Position numbers and translations under genes: made by a program | In this document: positions 25,300-32,768 of the stretch, one piece after another | Layout of the letters: every line of letters begins with the position of its first letter | Position numbering within the stretch: position 1 is the first letter of the stretch | The notes under the pieces: model-generated | Told to the model about the DNA's origin: nothing | Databases searched by the model: none | Seen by the model: the letters and a program-made list of their open reading frames with translations, nothing else | Virus record (IMG/VR): IMGVR_UViG_3300032431_000020 | Coordinates: 1 to 41,784 of that record | Source: a virus | Reading direction: 5' to 3' (one strand) | Length of the DNA stretch: 41,784 bases

Positions 25300-25835
25300 G
25301 GCTTGGGGCTCCCTGAACACGTCACCTGCATGGCCTTCACGACCTGCTGAAGCCCGATCACCTGGGCGTCGCACGCTCGGGCTGCTCCAATAATTCGCCC
25401 GACACTTTCTTCAACGTCTCCGGTGCCTTCATCAGCGCGGCCGGCGGCGGCGACACTTGCGGACAGACGGGAGGTGGAGAGGGCCGCTTGCCAACGCTGG
25501 TGCAGGCGGACATTGCCAGAGCGCAGGTCAGCGACAAGGCGATCATTGGCAGCTTGGTCACGGGCGTCTTTCTCCTGTTGTTCCCGGTCGATCCGGGCCA
25601 TCTCGGCGGTGTGCTTCTGTTCCTGGTCCCTGGCCCACGTCACAAACTGGACGCGCTCCTCGGCAATGCTGGCCGTCTGGGTGGCTAGCGCGGTCTGCGA
25701 TTCGGCAAGGTCAGCCCGCAGGCCCGATGCCTTGGCCCACTGCCAGCCGCCGAACCCAAGGGCCAGCACCAGGGCGGCCAGCAGGCCGTACAGGATCGGT
25801 GTGGTCAGGAAGCGGGTCATGCCCTGCCCTGCCAT
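25296..25835 (-). CDS. Rz: i-spanin (Rz-like); alternative start at 25820
   Basis: N-terminal TMD ILYGLLAALVLALGFGGW followed by a long charged coiled coil. Contains the embedded o-spanin gene. Confidence 0.75.
   Translation of the reverse strand: MAGQGMTRFLTTPILYGLLAALVLALGFGGWQWAKASGLRADLAESQTALATQTASIAEERVQFVTWARDQEQKHTAEMARIDREQQEKDARDQAANDRLVADLRSGNVRLHQRWQAALSTSRLSASVAAAGRADEGTGDVEESVGRIIGAARACDAQVIGLQQVVKAMQVTCSGSPKP
25358..25561 (-). CDS. Rz1: o-spanin (Rz1-like lipoprotein), embedded in Rz in another frame
   Basis: Signal plus lipobox ALAMSAC. The mature part is Pro-rich (RPSPPPVCPQVSPPP). Confidence 0.75.
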   Translation of the reverse strand: MTKLPMIALSLTCALAMSACTSVGKRPSPPPVCPQVSPPPAALMKAPETLKKVSGELLEQPERATPR

Positions 25836-25909
25836 TCGCTATACAGGCGGGCTGCGAGCCAGCCGAATACCGCTCCCAACAGCAGCACAGACACCAGCAA
25901 TCCGGTCAT
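25817..25909 (-). CDS. Micro-ORF, 30-aa single-TMD peptide between endolysin and Rz
   Basis: MTGLLVSVLLLGAVFGWLAARLYSEWQGRA. ATGA overlaps with the endolysin stop and with the Rz ATG at 25820. Confidence 0.35.
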   Translation of the reverse strand: MTGLLVSVLLLGAVFGWLAARLYSEWQGRA

Positions 25910-26709
25910 GTCGTCGCCTCGATCAAGTCGCCCTCGGCATTACGCCGCCGGCAGAGTCCGTTTTCCAGGTCAGTGCCCTTCCACACCCGGCAGGACTGCC
26001 GCGTCTGAATGGCCGCGCATGGGGCGTCACGGTTGGGGATGCAGCGGTCGCGGATGTCGCGCTTCTCGCTGGCCCTGGGCCCAAGAAAGCTGGTGCCGCG
26101 GTTGAAGGTGTTGCTGAACATGCCGCCTTCGGCCTGCCCGCTCATGTCCTGAATCCCCGGATAGGCTCGCCGGGTGGCCCGCATCCACACCGGCACCATC
26201 GTTTCGGCAAACACCCGCTCGGCCTCGGCCAAGGGGATGCGCACGTCCAGGTGCTGCGCCCGCCAAGCCCGGCAGGCCGATACCCCGGTGACGCCCGAAG
26301 CCGTCGCCAGCCGGTCCACATCAGCCCGGTGCGCCCAGTCCCTGCGGATGGTGCTGGCCGACTGGTGCCCGAAGTCATACCCGATCCCACCAGTGGGGCC
26401 GCTGGCGCCGGGCGGGCAAATGATCCCTTGCAGCGCCCGCTGGTAGTAGGCCGGACTGATCACCTCGAACCCGACCACCAGCACCAATGCGTCCGGGTGG
26501 ATGGTTTCGCGTGGAACCTGTACCGGCGAGGGCAGGAAGTCGGCCACCACCGCTGCGGCGTCCTGGATCACGCCTATGGCCGGTGCGGCGGCTTCAGCCA
26601 CTGCCACCTCGGTTGTCCCGGCCGCGGCCTCCAGGGCCTCCTGTGTGGCCTCCACGGCGGGTTGCGCAGTGCAGGCGCTCAGCAGCAGTATCAGCGGCAG
26701 GATGCGCAT
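25906..26709 (-). CDS. Endolysin: pesticin/T4-lysozyme-like muramidase with N-terminal lipoprotein signal
   Basis: MRILPLILLLSAC lipobox. GFEV...PGASGPTGGIGYDFGH and C-terminal GLCRRRNAEGDL lysozyme-like motifs. Start at residue 60 of the track ORF (TGATG overlap with the holin stop). Confidence 0.75.
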   Translation of the reverse strand: MRILPLILLLSACTAQPAVEATQEALEAAAGTTEVAVAEAAAPAIGVIQDAAAVVADFLPSPVQVPRETIHPDALVLVVGFEVISPAYYQRALQGIICPPGASGPTGGIGYDFGHQSASTIRRDWAHRADVDRLATASGVTGVSACRAWRAQHLDVRIPLAEAERVFAETMVPVWMRATRRAYPGIQDMSGQAEGGMFSNTFNRGTSFLGPRASEKRDIRDRCIPNRDAPCAAIQTRQSCRVWKGTDLENGLCRRRNAEGDLIEATT

Positions 26710-27071
26710 CAGCCTTGCGCCAGGTACGCCCACAGCGCCAGCCAGGTGAATGCCAGCCAAGCAAGCCCCTCCTGGATCAGCACGTACAGCGCGCCGCGAT
26801 TGCCGCGTGCAGCATCGTTCATCAGTTCGTAGCGGCGGGCGTTGTCGATGTTGATGCCCGAGATGTTCATTGCGACCGATGCGCAACCGAACGCGGCCAG
26901 CAGGATCAGCGTCTTCGGGGCCAGCTCCAGCACATAGGCCAGAACGTCAGGCAGGGGGCCGATCTGAGGGATGCCCCCAGCGCCGATCAGGGCAGCCAGC
27001 GTGGCCAGAACCGCGATCGGCAGGGCGAAGGCCAGCAGCTTCACGCTATACGATGGGCTTGGCATCTTCAT
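26709..27071 (-). CDS. Holin (three predicted TMDs) with MKM dual-start motif
   Basis: MKMPSPSY..., three hydrophobic segments, immediately upstream of the endolysin. Confidence 0.7.
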   Translation of the reverse strand: MKMPSPSYSVKLLAFALPIAVLATLAALIGAGGIPQIGPLPDVLAYVLELAPKTLILLAAFGCASVAMNISGINIDNARRYELMNDAARGNRGALYVLIQEGLAWLAFTWLALWAYLAQG

Positions 27072-27640
27072 GGCACTTCCTCCCGCTGGCTGCGTTCCCG
27101 GTCTCTCTGGCCCTGGCCGAGCCGTAGTTCAATGACCTGGCCGGCAAGGCTGTCAAGCCGGACCTTGTGCTCCACATCAGCGCCCTCGCGGGCCTTGTTG
27201 CTGGCGTCTACCTTGGAATGCAACGCAGCGAACTTGTCCCCGGTGTTCGTGGCGTACAGGGTGCTGACGCCCATTCCCAGCACCGCGATGACGCCGGTTG
27301 CTATGCCCAGACCCCATATCGCGCCCTTGAACCGGGTTACGTCGCGCGCCGTGCCGGCGCTGTTCATCCGGTCCTCACGGATCGCTGTGGTGAGGTTGTT
27401 GATGGCGATCAGCAGATGGTCGTCGCCCTTCTGGGCGTCTGCCTTGGTGCGGTCGATGGTTTCCCGCAGCCGGGAAAGCTCATGCGCCAGTTCAAGCTGC
27501 TGGAGCGGCATCCCCTTTAGGGCATCCGTGGCTTTGACCACGTGTTGCATGTCAACCTGAAGAGCCTGGTAGCCGCTGGAAAGCGCCTGGAACTTGTTCG
27601 TCAACTCGCCAATGGCGTGGCTATCGTCCCCGGCAGACAT
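27068..27640 (-). CDS. Membrane-anchored coiled-coil protein (190 aa), first large gene of the late operon
   Basis: Internal ATG (residue 132) of track ORF 27068-28033. The upstream part of that ORF covers the late promoter and terminator. One central TMD IWGLGIATGVIAVLGMGV. Confidence 0.6.
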   Translation of the reverse strand: MSAGDDSHAIGELTNKFQALSSGYQALQVDMQHVVKATDALKGMPLQQLELAHELSRLRETIDRTKADAQKGDDHLLIAINNLTTAIREDRMNSAGTARDVTRFKGAIWGLGIATGVIAVLGMGVSTLYATNTGDKFAALHSKVDASNKAREGADVEHKVRLDSLAGQVIELRLGQGQRDRERSQREEVP

Positions 27641-27771
27641 CACTGGCCCAGATTGGAGAACCACCGCGCGGCAGCCCTCAGCGCGCCACTGGCACGGATC
27701 GCCAGCTCTGGCCGATAGCTGAACACGGCAGTCGCTGCGACTGCGCCGACGATGATCCAGATGATGAACAT
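27640..27771 (-). CDS. Micro-ORF, 43-aa TMD peptide
   Basis: MFIIWIIVGAVAATAVFSYRPELAIRASG... AGGGG RBS upstream; TGATG overlap with the next ATG. Confidence 0.35.
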   Translation of the reverse strand: MFIIWIIVGAVAATAVFSYRPELAIRASGALRAAARWFSNLGQ

Positions 27772-27929
27772 GGCTTGCCCCTGTGCAAGTCAGGTGAATG
27801 GAGCCCGCCACCATTGCCAGCTGAGCCGATGGTTGATCTGGACGAGGTGGGCGGGCGTAGAGGTGCCCCGACCCCCAGAGGGGAGCCGGAAGCCGGGGCG
27901 GTCTCCTGACGGGGAGATCAGAAGCTCTG

Positions 27930-27959
27930 AAACGCAAAAACCCCGCCGGATGGCAGGGC
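27930..27959 (-). terminator. Intrinsic terminator downstream of the late promoter (tR'-like)
   Basis: Minus strand CCCTGCC-ATCC-GGCGGGG (one G-U pair) followed by TTTTTGCGTTT. Confidence 0.7.
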
Positions 27960-27988
27960 TTTGGAGGCAGTTGTTGACTGTGCCCGCG

Positions 27989-28017
27989 AAGATAGTCGTG
28001 CGTGTGCAACATGTCAA
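27989..28017 (-). promoter_or_regulatory. Late promoter (PR'-like)
   Basis: Minus strand TTGACA (28017-28012), 17-nt spacer, TATCTT (27994-27989), directly after the Q-like gene stop. Confidence 0.65.
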
Positions 28018-28541
28018 GCAGCCATCTTGGCATCCAGCCAGTCCAGCGCCCGCTGCAGTTCGCGGCGGTACTGCCACACCGACAGCGTGCCGCCGTACTG
28101 CTCTCGCACCATCCTCGCCTTCACGGCCTGGCTGCCGGACACGGTGAACTCAGTTCGCACAACCATTGCGCGCAGCGGCGAGACGCGACAAACCTGTGCC
28201 AGCGCCCGGTCCACCCAGCGCAGGTGATCGGGAATTCCCTGGTCGATGGCGATCTCAGGAAGGTCCGAAGGTGGCGAGGCATCGTTCGAAGAACGGATCG
28301 GGTCAGCGGCCCACATCGGCACGATATTGAAGCCCTCGATGCCAGTCCCGGCCGCCATGAGCCGTCGGCGGTCCGTACCGTCCCGGCCCATCAGTTGACG
28401 CTGGGCGTTTTCCTTCGTGCCCGGCGCCAGGTCGCGGGCAAGCTCGAGCGCGTGCACGGAACGCTCGCAGCGGCTGAAGGCGTAGCGGTTGACCGTGGCG
28501 TGGCCCCAGTCCTGGAGTGCCTTCTTCAGTTCATGCTGCAT
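28014..28541 (-). CDS. Putative late-gene antiterminator (Q-like)
   Basis: Mainly positional: last early gene, immediately followed by a promoter plus terminator and the lysis genes. Weak remembered resemblance of the C-terminus to Q-family proteins. Confidence 0.5.
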   Translation of the reverse strand: MQHELKKALQDWGHATVNRYAFSRCERSVHALELARDLAPGTKENAQRQLMGRDGTDRRRLMAAGTGIEGFNIVPMWAADPIRSSNDASPPSDLPEIAIDQGIPDHLRWVDRALAQVCRVSPLRAMVVRTEFTVSGSQAVKARMVREQYGGTLSVWQYRRELQRALDWLDAKMAA

Positions 28542-28785
28542 CGGCGAACTCCTTCAGCACGCTGGGATCGAAGGTGAAGACCGGCTTCCGCCCGTCATTT
28601 TCGCAGTGGTAGTGCAGTCGGTCCTGGCCAATGCTGCAGACGCTCATGCCGAATACGGTTACGCGGTCGCGGTCCCGGTGCACGCAGGCGCTGCACAGCC
28701 CTCGCTTCCGGATCGCAGCGCGGTAACGCTTCGCCTGGCGGATCTGGGCGGCGCGCTCTGGCCGGGTAAAGTCGTCCTCGCTCAC
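28531..28785 (-). CDS. Small Cys/His-rich protein (84 aa, GTG start)
   Basis: 3' part of track ORF 28531-29118. GTGA overlap with the RuvC-like stop. CSACVH...CSIG...HYHC. Confidence 0.45.
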   Translation of the reverse strand: MSEDDFTRPERAAQIRQAKRYRAAIRKRGLCSACVHRDRDRVTVFGMSVCSIGQDRLHYHCENDGRKPVFTFDPSVLKEFADAA

Positions 28786-29315
28786 GCGGCCTGCTTCCCG
28801 GTCATCTGAGTGTTCTCGTGCCACAAGGCGATCAGCAGGGCATCGCCGCGGCCGCCGTCCTTCTTCCGCTTCAGCTGCTCGGCTGCTTGCGGGAAGCGGA
28901 CGATGGCGAGCTGTCTGGCTGCGTCCTTGTCTGTGCCGATCAAACCCATGCTGCGCTTCCAGCTCTGCGCCTCGACCAGTGTCACCGGCACGCGCATGAC
29001 CCGGAACACCGCCTTCACCTGGCCGAAGCCGTCGCCGAAGTTGAACATCGACTGCGCGCCCATGGTGCGCCGCTCCCCGCCCTGCCTGTTTGGCATCGCC
29101 CGCACCTTCTCGATGCACGCGGAAACGAATGCGCCTGGGTGCTGGGCTCGCACGTCACGGATGAAGTCCGCGATGCGGCTGGCGTCCACCTCGTTGTGAC
29201 CCTTCTCGTGGGTCACCGGCATGTCCAGCATCGGGCCCGGTTCGCCGTCGAGCAGAGTGACGATGGCGCCCGCAAGGCCAGGATCAGCACCAAATGTCAG
29301 CCGGAGAGCGCTCAT
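28782..29315 (-). CDS. RuvC-like Holliday junction resolvase
   Basis: N-terminal FGADPGLAGAI (RuvC-type catalytic Asp) and C-terminal GDALLIA motif. Confidence 0.75.
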   Translation of the reverse strand: MSALRLTFGADPGLAGAIVTLLDGEPGPMLDMPVTHEKGHNEVDASRIADFIRDVRAQHPGAFVSACIEKVRAMPNRQGGERRTMGAQSMFNFGDGFGQVKAVFRVMRVPVTLVEAQSWKRSMGLIGTDKDAARQLAIVRFPQAAEQLKRKKDGGRGDALLIALWHENTQMTGKQAA

Positions 29316-29539
29316 CGTGACCCATACCGCTTGCCCACCATCCTGGCGTTCTGCGCCTGGGCGTTCTTCCGATGCGCGGCCAGCGTCTTCTGCCGAGCCT
29401 GCGCGATTCGCTTCTCCAGTTCCATGACGGTCGTGGCGCCTGTGGCCACGAACTCGACGTGGTTGCGCGAGTAGGTCGGGAAGGCGTCACACCATGCCTT
29501 CTTGGTGGGATACGTCTTGCCTTCGAAAAAGTAGCTCAC
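29312..29539 (-). CDS. Hypothetical protein (75 aa)
   Basis: Track ORF. GTG start preceded by AGGAGG. Confidence 0.6.
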   Translation of the reverse strand: MSYFFEGKTYPTKKAWCDAFPTYSRNHVEFVATGATTVMELEKRIAQARQKTLAAHRKNAQAQNARMVGKRYGSR

Positions 29540-29579
29540 GCGGCCTCCTGTTGTGGCAGTAGTTGGGTTCGATCTGGCC

Positions 29580-29849
29580 TCATGCCGCCAGCTTCCGGAT
29601 GACGTCGTTCAAGCAGGTCAGTTCGGTCTTCTTCATGACGTTCCACATGGAGCGCCTGCCGTGAATCCCGTTGTGCGAGCCTCGGTGGCAGTCTTCGCAA
29701 AGCGGCACCGTGGTGAAGTGCTGGCCCTGCTCAATGTGGTGCGCTTCGCTTGGACCCTCGCGCGCGCAGACCGCGCAGGGTTGGGACTTGACCCATGCCA
29801 GGTGCGCGCGCTCGGCCGGCGTGATGCGGGCGGCGTTCTTCGTTCTCAT
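29580..29849 (-). CDS. HNH-type nuclease, DUF968/Ref-like
   Basis: PCAVC...EAHHI...VPLCEDCHRGSHNGIH. Confidence 0.6.
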   Translation of the reverse strand: MRTKNAARITPAERAHLAWVKSQPCAVCAREGPSEAHHIEQGQHFTTVPLCEDCHRGSHNGIHGRRSMWNVMKKTELTCLNDVIRKLAA

Positions 29850-30781
29850 TCGCCATCACATAGGCCGAGGTCGGAATTGCACCCGCCCGGTTGCTGGTCT
29901 GAGAACAGCGAGTAACGCCGCCCACCGCGCTCGGTGCGTGACCACTCAACCACGTCGCGGATGCCCGCATATCCAGCCCGCCCTTGGTCTTTGTCTGTCG
30001 GATCGGTGCCGGCGGCGAAGAATGTCGAGGAACGCCGCTTGCTTGCACGCGACACCACCAACTCCCACCGCTCGATCTTGTCGATGTGTTCTGGCGACCA
30101 ATGCGCGATTGCCCGCAATTCCGGCTTGGCGCAGTTGACGCAGGGATAGCAGCCGACCCGCCCCATGCCCATTGCATAGAGCGGGTTCGGCGCGATGCCG
30201 TGCCGGGTGTGCTGGGCCCAAACATCGGCCAGCTTCCAGCGGAAGATGGGGCGCCAGAGGTAGGCGCCGGTGTCGTCGCGGTTGTAGACCGGCATGGCGG
30301 CGCGGCGTGCGCTTTCCTCGGCGCGGATGCCGAGCCATTGTAACAACGGCCCGGCCTTGAGCATCGGCAACACGACCTGCTGGGTGATCGGCAGAACCTT
30401 CAATTCCTCGGTGCAGAACTGCGCACGCCGGGAAGGAAACCGGCCCTTGAGGATGCACAAGTCTAGATAGGGATTTCCGGTCGGCTCATGCAGCGCCGCC
30501 GCCTCCTGCACTATCTCTTCGGGGATACCCTCGTCAGGCCACCTCGCCAGGACATAGGCGCGATGCCGGGCCAGGGCCTTAGAAAAGTCAGCCCGTACAG
30601 TCTCAATCGCGGGCCCGCCGGTGCGGCCGGCCAAGGTGGAAACGTACTCATAGGTCAGAGGGTGCTCGTTGCCGGTATCGGCGAACACCGCACGGAACGG
30701 GCGCCCTAACTCGATGGCGCGCAGGTAGGTGGCGGTCGAATCCTTTCCGCCGCTGACGCTGACCAGGTGCTGGATCTCCAT
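29846..30781 (-). CDS. PAPS-reductase-family (PP-loop ATPase) protein
   Basis: PP-loop SVSGGKDS near the N-terminus. C-terminal GRVGCYPCVNC cysteine motif. Confidence 0.8.
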   Translation of the reverse strand: MEIQHLVSVSGGKDSTATYLRAIELGRPFRAVFADTGNEHPLTYEYVSTLAGRTGGPAIETVRADFSKALARHRAYVLARWPDEGIPEEIVQEAAALHEPTGNPYLDLCILKGRFPSRRAQFCTEELKVLPITQQVVLPMLKAGPLLQWLGIRAEESARRAAMPVYNRDDTGAYLWRPIFRWKLADVWAQHTRHGIAPNPLYAMGMGRVGCYPCVNCAKPELRAIAHWSPEHIDKIERWELVVSRASKRRSSTFFAAGTDPTDKDQGRAGYAGIRDVVEWSRTERGGRRYSLFSDQQPGGCNSDLGLCDGE

Positions 30782-31326
30782 TATGTCTGCGGCCTCTGAA
30801 TAATCAGCTCGACCTCTTCCCGGCTCGCCGCTTCCAGCCCGCCGAACACCTCACGGCGCAGCCAGCCGATCCAGCCACCGTCACCGGTGCCGCCGTCCCA
30901 CAGCAGCGCGAAAGCCCCTTCGTCCAGGTCGTCGAAGTTCAGGGACTCGGCCTCCGTGCGCGTGAGCTTGCCCACCCCTGGGATGTCGTACTCCACCGTC
31001 TCGCAGCCGATTCCAGACAGCTCCTGCAGCTTCTTGATCGCGCCGTGCATGCCGAGCCCGTGGAACCGCTCCACGTTGTCGGCCAGCCATCCGCCCAGCA
31101 CGTGCGCCTTGCGCCAAAAGCCTGGATTACGATCCTGCCTAAGCGACGCGCGCAGCTGCTTGCCCACGTGGAACTTGCGCTCCTTCATCGATCGCCGGTC
31201 GATCGGGTGATCAGGCACCAGGGCGCCGATCAGCTCCCCGGTCTCTGGGTTCACCAGCTTCATCACCGTCACCCGGATGTCGCGGCTGCGCAGCTTTGCG
31301 CGTGCTTTCGCCAGTGCTGTGGTCAT
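30781..31326 (-). CDS. DUF1367-like protein
   Basis: RQDRNPGFWRKAHVLGGWL resembles the R.NP.FHRK motif I associate with DUF1367. Position after dnaB. Confidence 0.45.
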   Translation of the reverse strand: MTTALAKARAKLRSRDIRVTVMKLVNPETGELIGALVPDHPIDRRSMKERKFHVGKQLRASLRQDRNPGFWRKAHVLGGWLADNVERFHGLGMHGAIKKLQELSGIGCETVEYDIPGVGKLTRTEAESLNFDDLDEGAFALLWDGGTGDGGWIGWLRREVFGGLEAASREEVELIIQRPQT

Positions 31327-32768
31327 GTGTCACCGCCGGCGGCTGCAGACTTGCCGTCGTTGACCCTCTTGAACCCCTTCCGCTCCCGCTTCTCGGCAGG
31401 ATCCGGGAGCGGCGCAGGCTCCCAGTCGTATCGCAGGTTCGAGAACTTGAATCGGCCCGGGTCATAGGCCGCGCGCACCATCCCGGGTGGCCCGTTGCGC
31501 TGCATCGCCACGTCCAGCTCCGCCGTTCCACTGTCCCGGCTGTCGCGGTGATAGACCTCGTCGCGGTAGATGAAGATCACCGCGTCAGCGTCTTGCTCGA
31601 TTGCGCCTGAGTCGCGCAGGTCTGAGGGGATCGGCCGGCGGTCGGTCCGCTTCTCCAGGTCGCGGTTCAACTGCGACAGCAGCAGCACCGGTATGCCCAG
31701 CTCGCCGGCCATCAGCTTCAGCGCTCGGGTGATGTCGCCGATGCCCTGGGCGCGATTGTCGCCACGGGTCTCCATCAGCTGCAGGTAGTCGATCACCACC
31801 AGGCCCAGCGGGTCGCGTGCATGCTGCCGGCGCACCTGGGCAACGACGTGGTCGACCCGGGCGCGGCGCGGGCGCGAGATGAATATCCTCGCAGCGTTCA
31901 GCGTGCGCATGGCGCGGGTGACGTTGGCCCAATCGACGTCGTCCAGCTCGCCGCGGCGGATCCGGTTGCCATCCACCCCGCCGATGCTGCTCAGCATGCG
32001 GTCGCCCAGCTCGTCGGGCTGCATCTCGAACGAGAACACGGCCACGGCCTGCTTCTCGACCAGCGCCACGTGCTCGGCGATGTTCTGTGCCAGGGTCGTC
32101 TTGCCCATCTTCGGGCGCGCCGCGAGTAGGTACAGGCCGCCAGGGCGCAAGCCGCCGATCAGCTCGTCCAGCTCGGTGATGCCCGTGGCCAAGCCGTGGA
32201 TGCCGTGCTCGGTCTGGCTGCGCTCGGTCAGCTTGTCGAACACCCGCTGCATCAGCGGGACCATCGTTTCGAGTTCGCATGGCTGGTTGTCCAGGAGCCC
32301 ACCGATCCGGCTCTGCGCTTCGCCGATCAGCTCCACACTGCTGCGGCCCTCCGGCTGGAATCCTGCGTCCACTAGCGCCGATCCCACCTCGATCAGCCGG
32401 CGCATGCGCGCCTTGTCCGCCACGATCTCGGCATAGGCCTCGATGTTGGCCGCGCTGGGGACGGTGTTCGACAGCTCGACCAGGTAGAAGCCGCCGCCCA
32501 CCTGCTCAGCGGCGCCATGGGCTTCGAACCAATCACCCAGGGTGACCGTGTCGAAAGGCTTCGGCGGCTTGGCCTCGGCGAGTTCCTTGATCGCGCGCCA
32601 GATCAGCTGGTGATCGCGACGGTAGAAGTCGCCCTCCTCAAGCTTGTCCGCTACCCGCCACCAGGCGCTGGCCACCAGCATCAGCCCTCCCAGGACAGAT
32701 TGCTCGGCGTCGATGCTGTGCGGCGGCACGCGCACGTGGTCGAGGCGTTCGAAGCCTTCGCGCATCAT
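31323..32768 (-). CDS. dnaB: Replicative DNA helicase DnaB
   Basis: PPHSIDAEQSVLGGLM N-terminus, Walker A ARPKMGKTT, LVVIDYLQLM, RDSGAIEQDADAVIFIYR. Confidence 0.95.
   Translation of the reverse strand: MMREGFERLDHVRVPPHSIDAEQSVLGGLMLVASAWWRVADKLEEGDFYRRDHQLIWRAIKELAEAKPPKPFDTVTLGDWFEAHGAAEQVGGGFYLVELSNTVPSAANIEAYAEIVADKARMRRLIEVGSALVDAGFQPEGRSSVELIGEAQSRIGGLLDNQPCELETMVPLMQRVFDKLTERSQTEHGIHGLATGITELDELIGGLRPGGLYLLAARPKMGKTTLAQNIAEHVALVEKQAVAVFSFEMQPDELGDRMLSSIGGVDGNRIRRGELDDVDWANVTRAMRTLNAARIFISRPRRARVDHVVAQVRRQHARDPLGLVVIDYLQLMETRGDNRAQGIGDITRALKLMAGELGIPVLLLSQLNRDLEKRTDRRPIPSDLRDSGAIEQDADAVIFIYRDEVYHRDSRDSGTAELDVAMQRNGPPGMVRAAYDPGRFKFSNLRYDWEPAPLPDPAEKRERKGFKRVNDGKSAAAGGDT

Noticed and set aside
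25423-26832. Long ORFs antisense to recognised genes. Examples: 25423-26832 (+), 22398-23420 (+), 22988-23902 (+), 955-1749 (-), 3668-4459 (+), 15639-16373 (+), 17652-18392 (+), 19443-20174 (+), 36430-37014 (-)
   Set aside because: Such ORFs are expected in GC-rich DNA. They are Arg/Pro/Ala/Gly-rich, have no ribosome-binding sites and lie opposite genes with clear family motifs.
27641-28033. N-terminal extensions of the longest track ORFs. These are 27068-28033, 25906-26886, 32765-33982, 2766-4547, 2569-2973, 34844-35803, 36032-36547, 19739-20752 and 28531-29118
   Set aside because: The extensions overlap upstream genes or the promoter/terminator region and have junk-like composition. In each case an internal start coincides with an ATGA/TGATG overlap or a good RBS.
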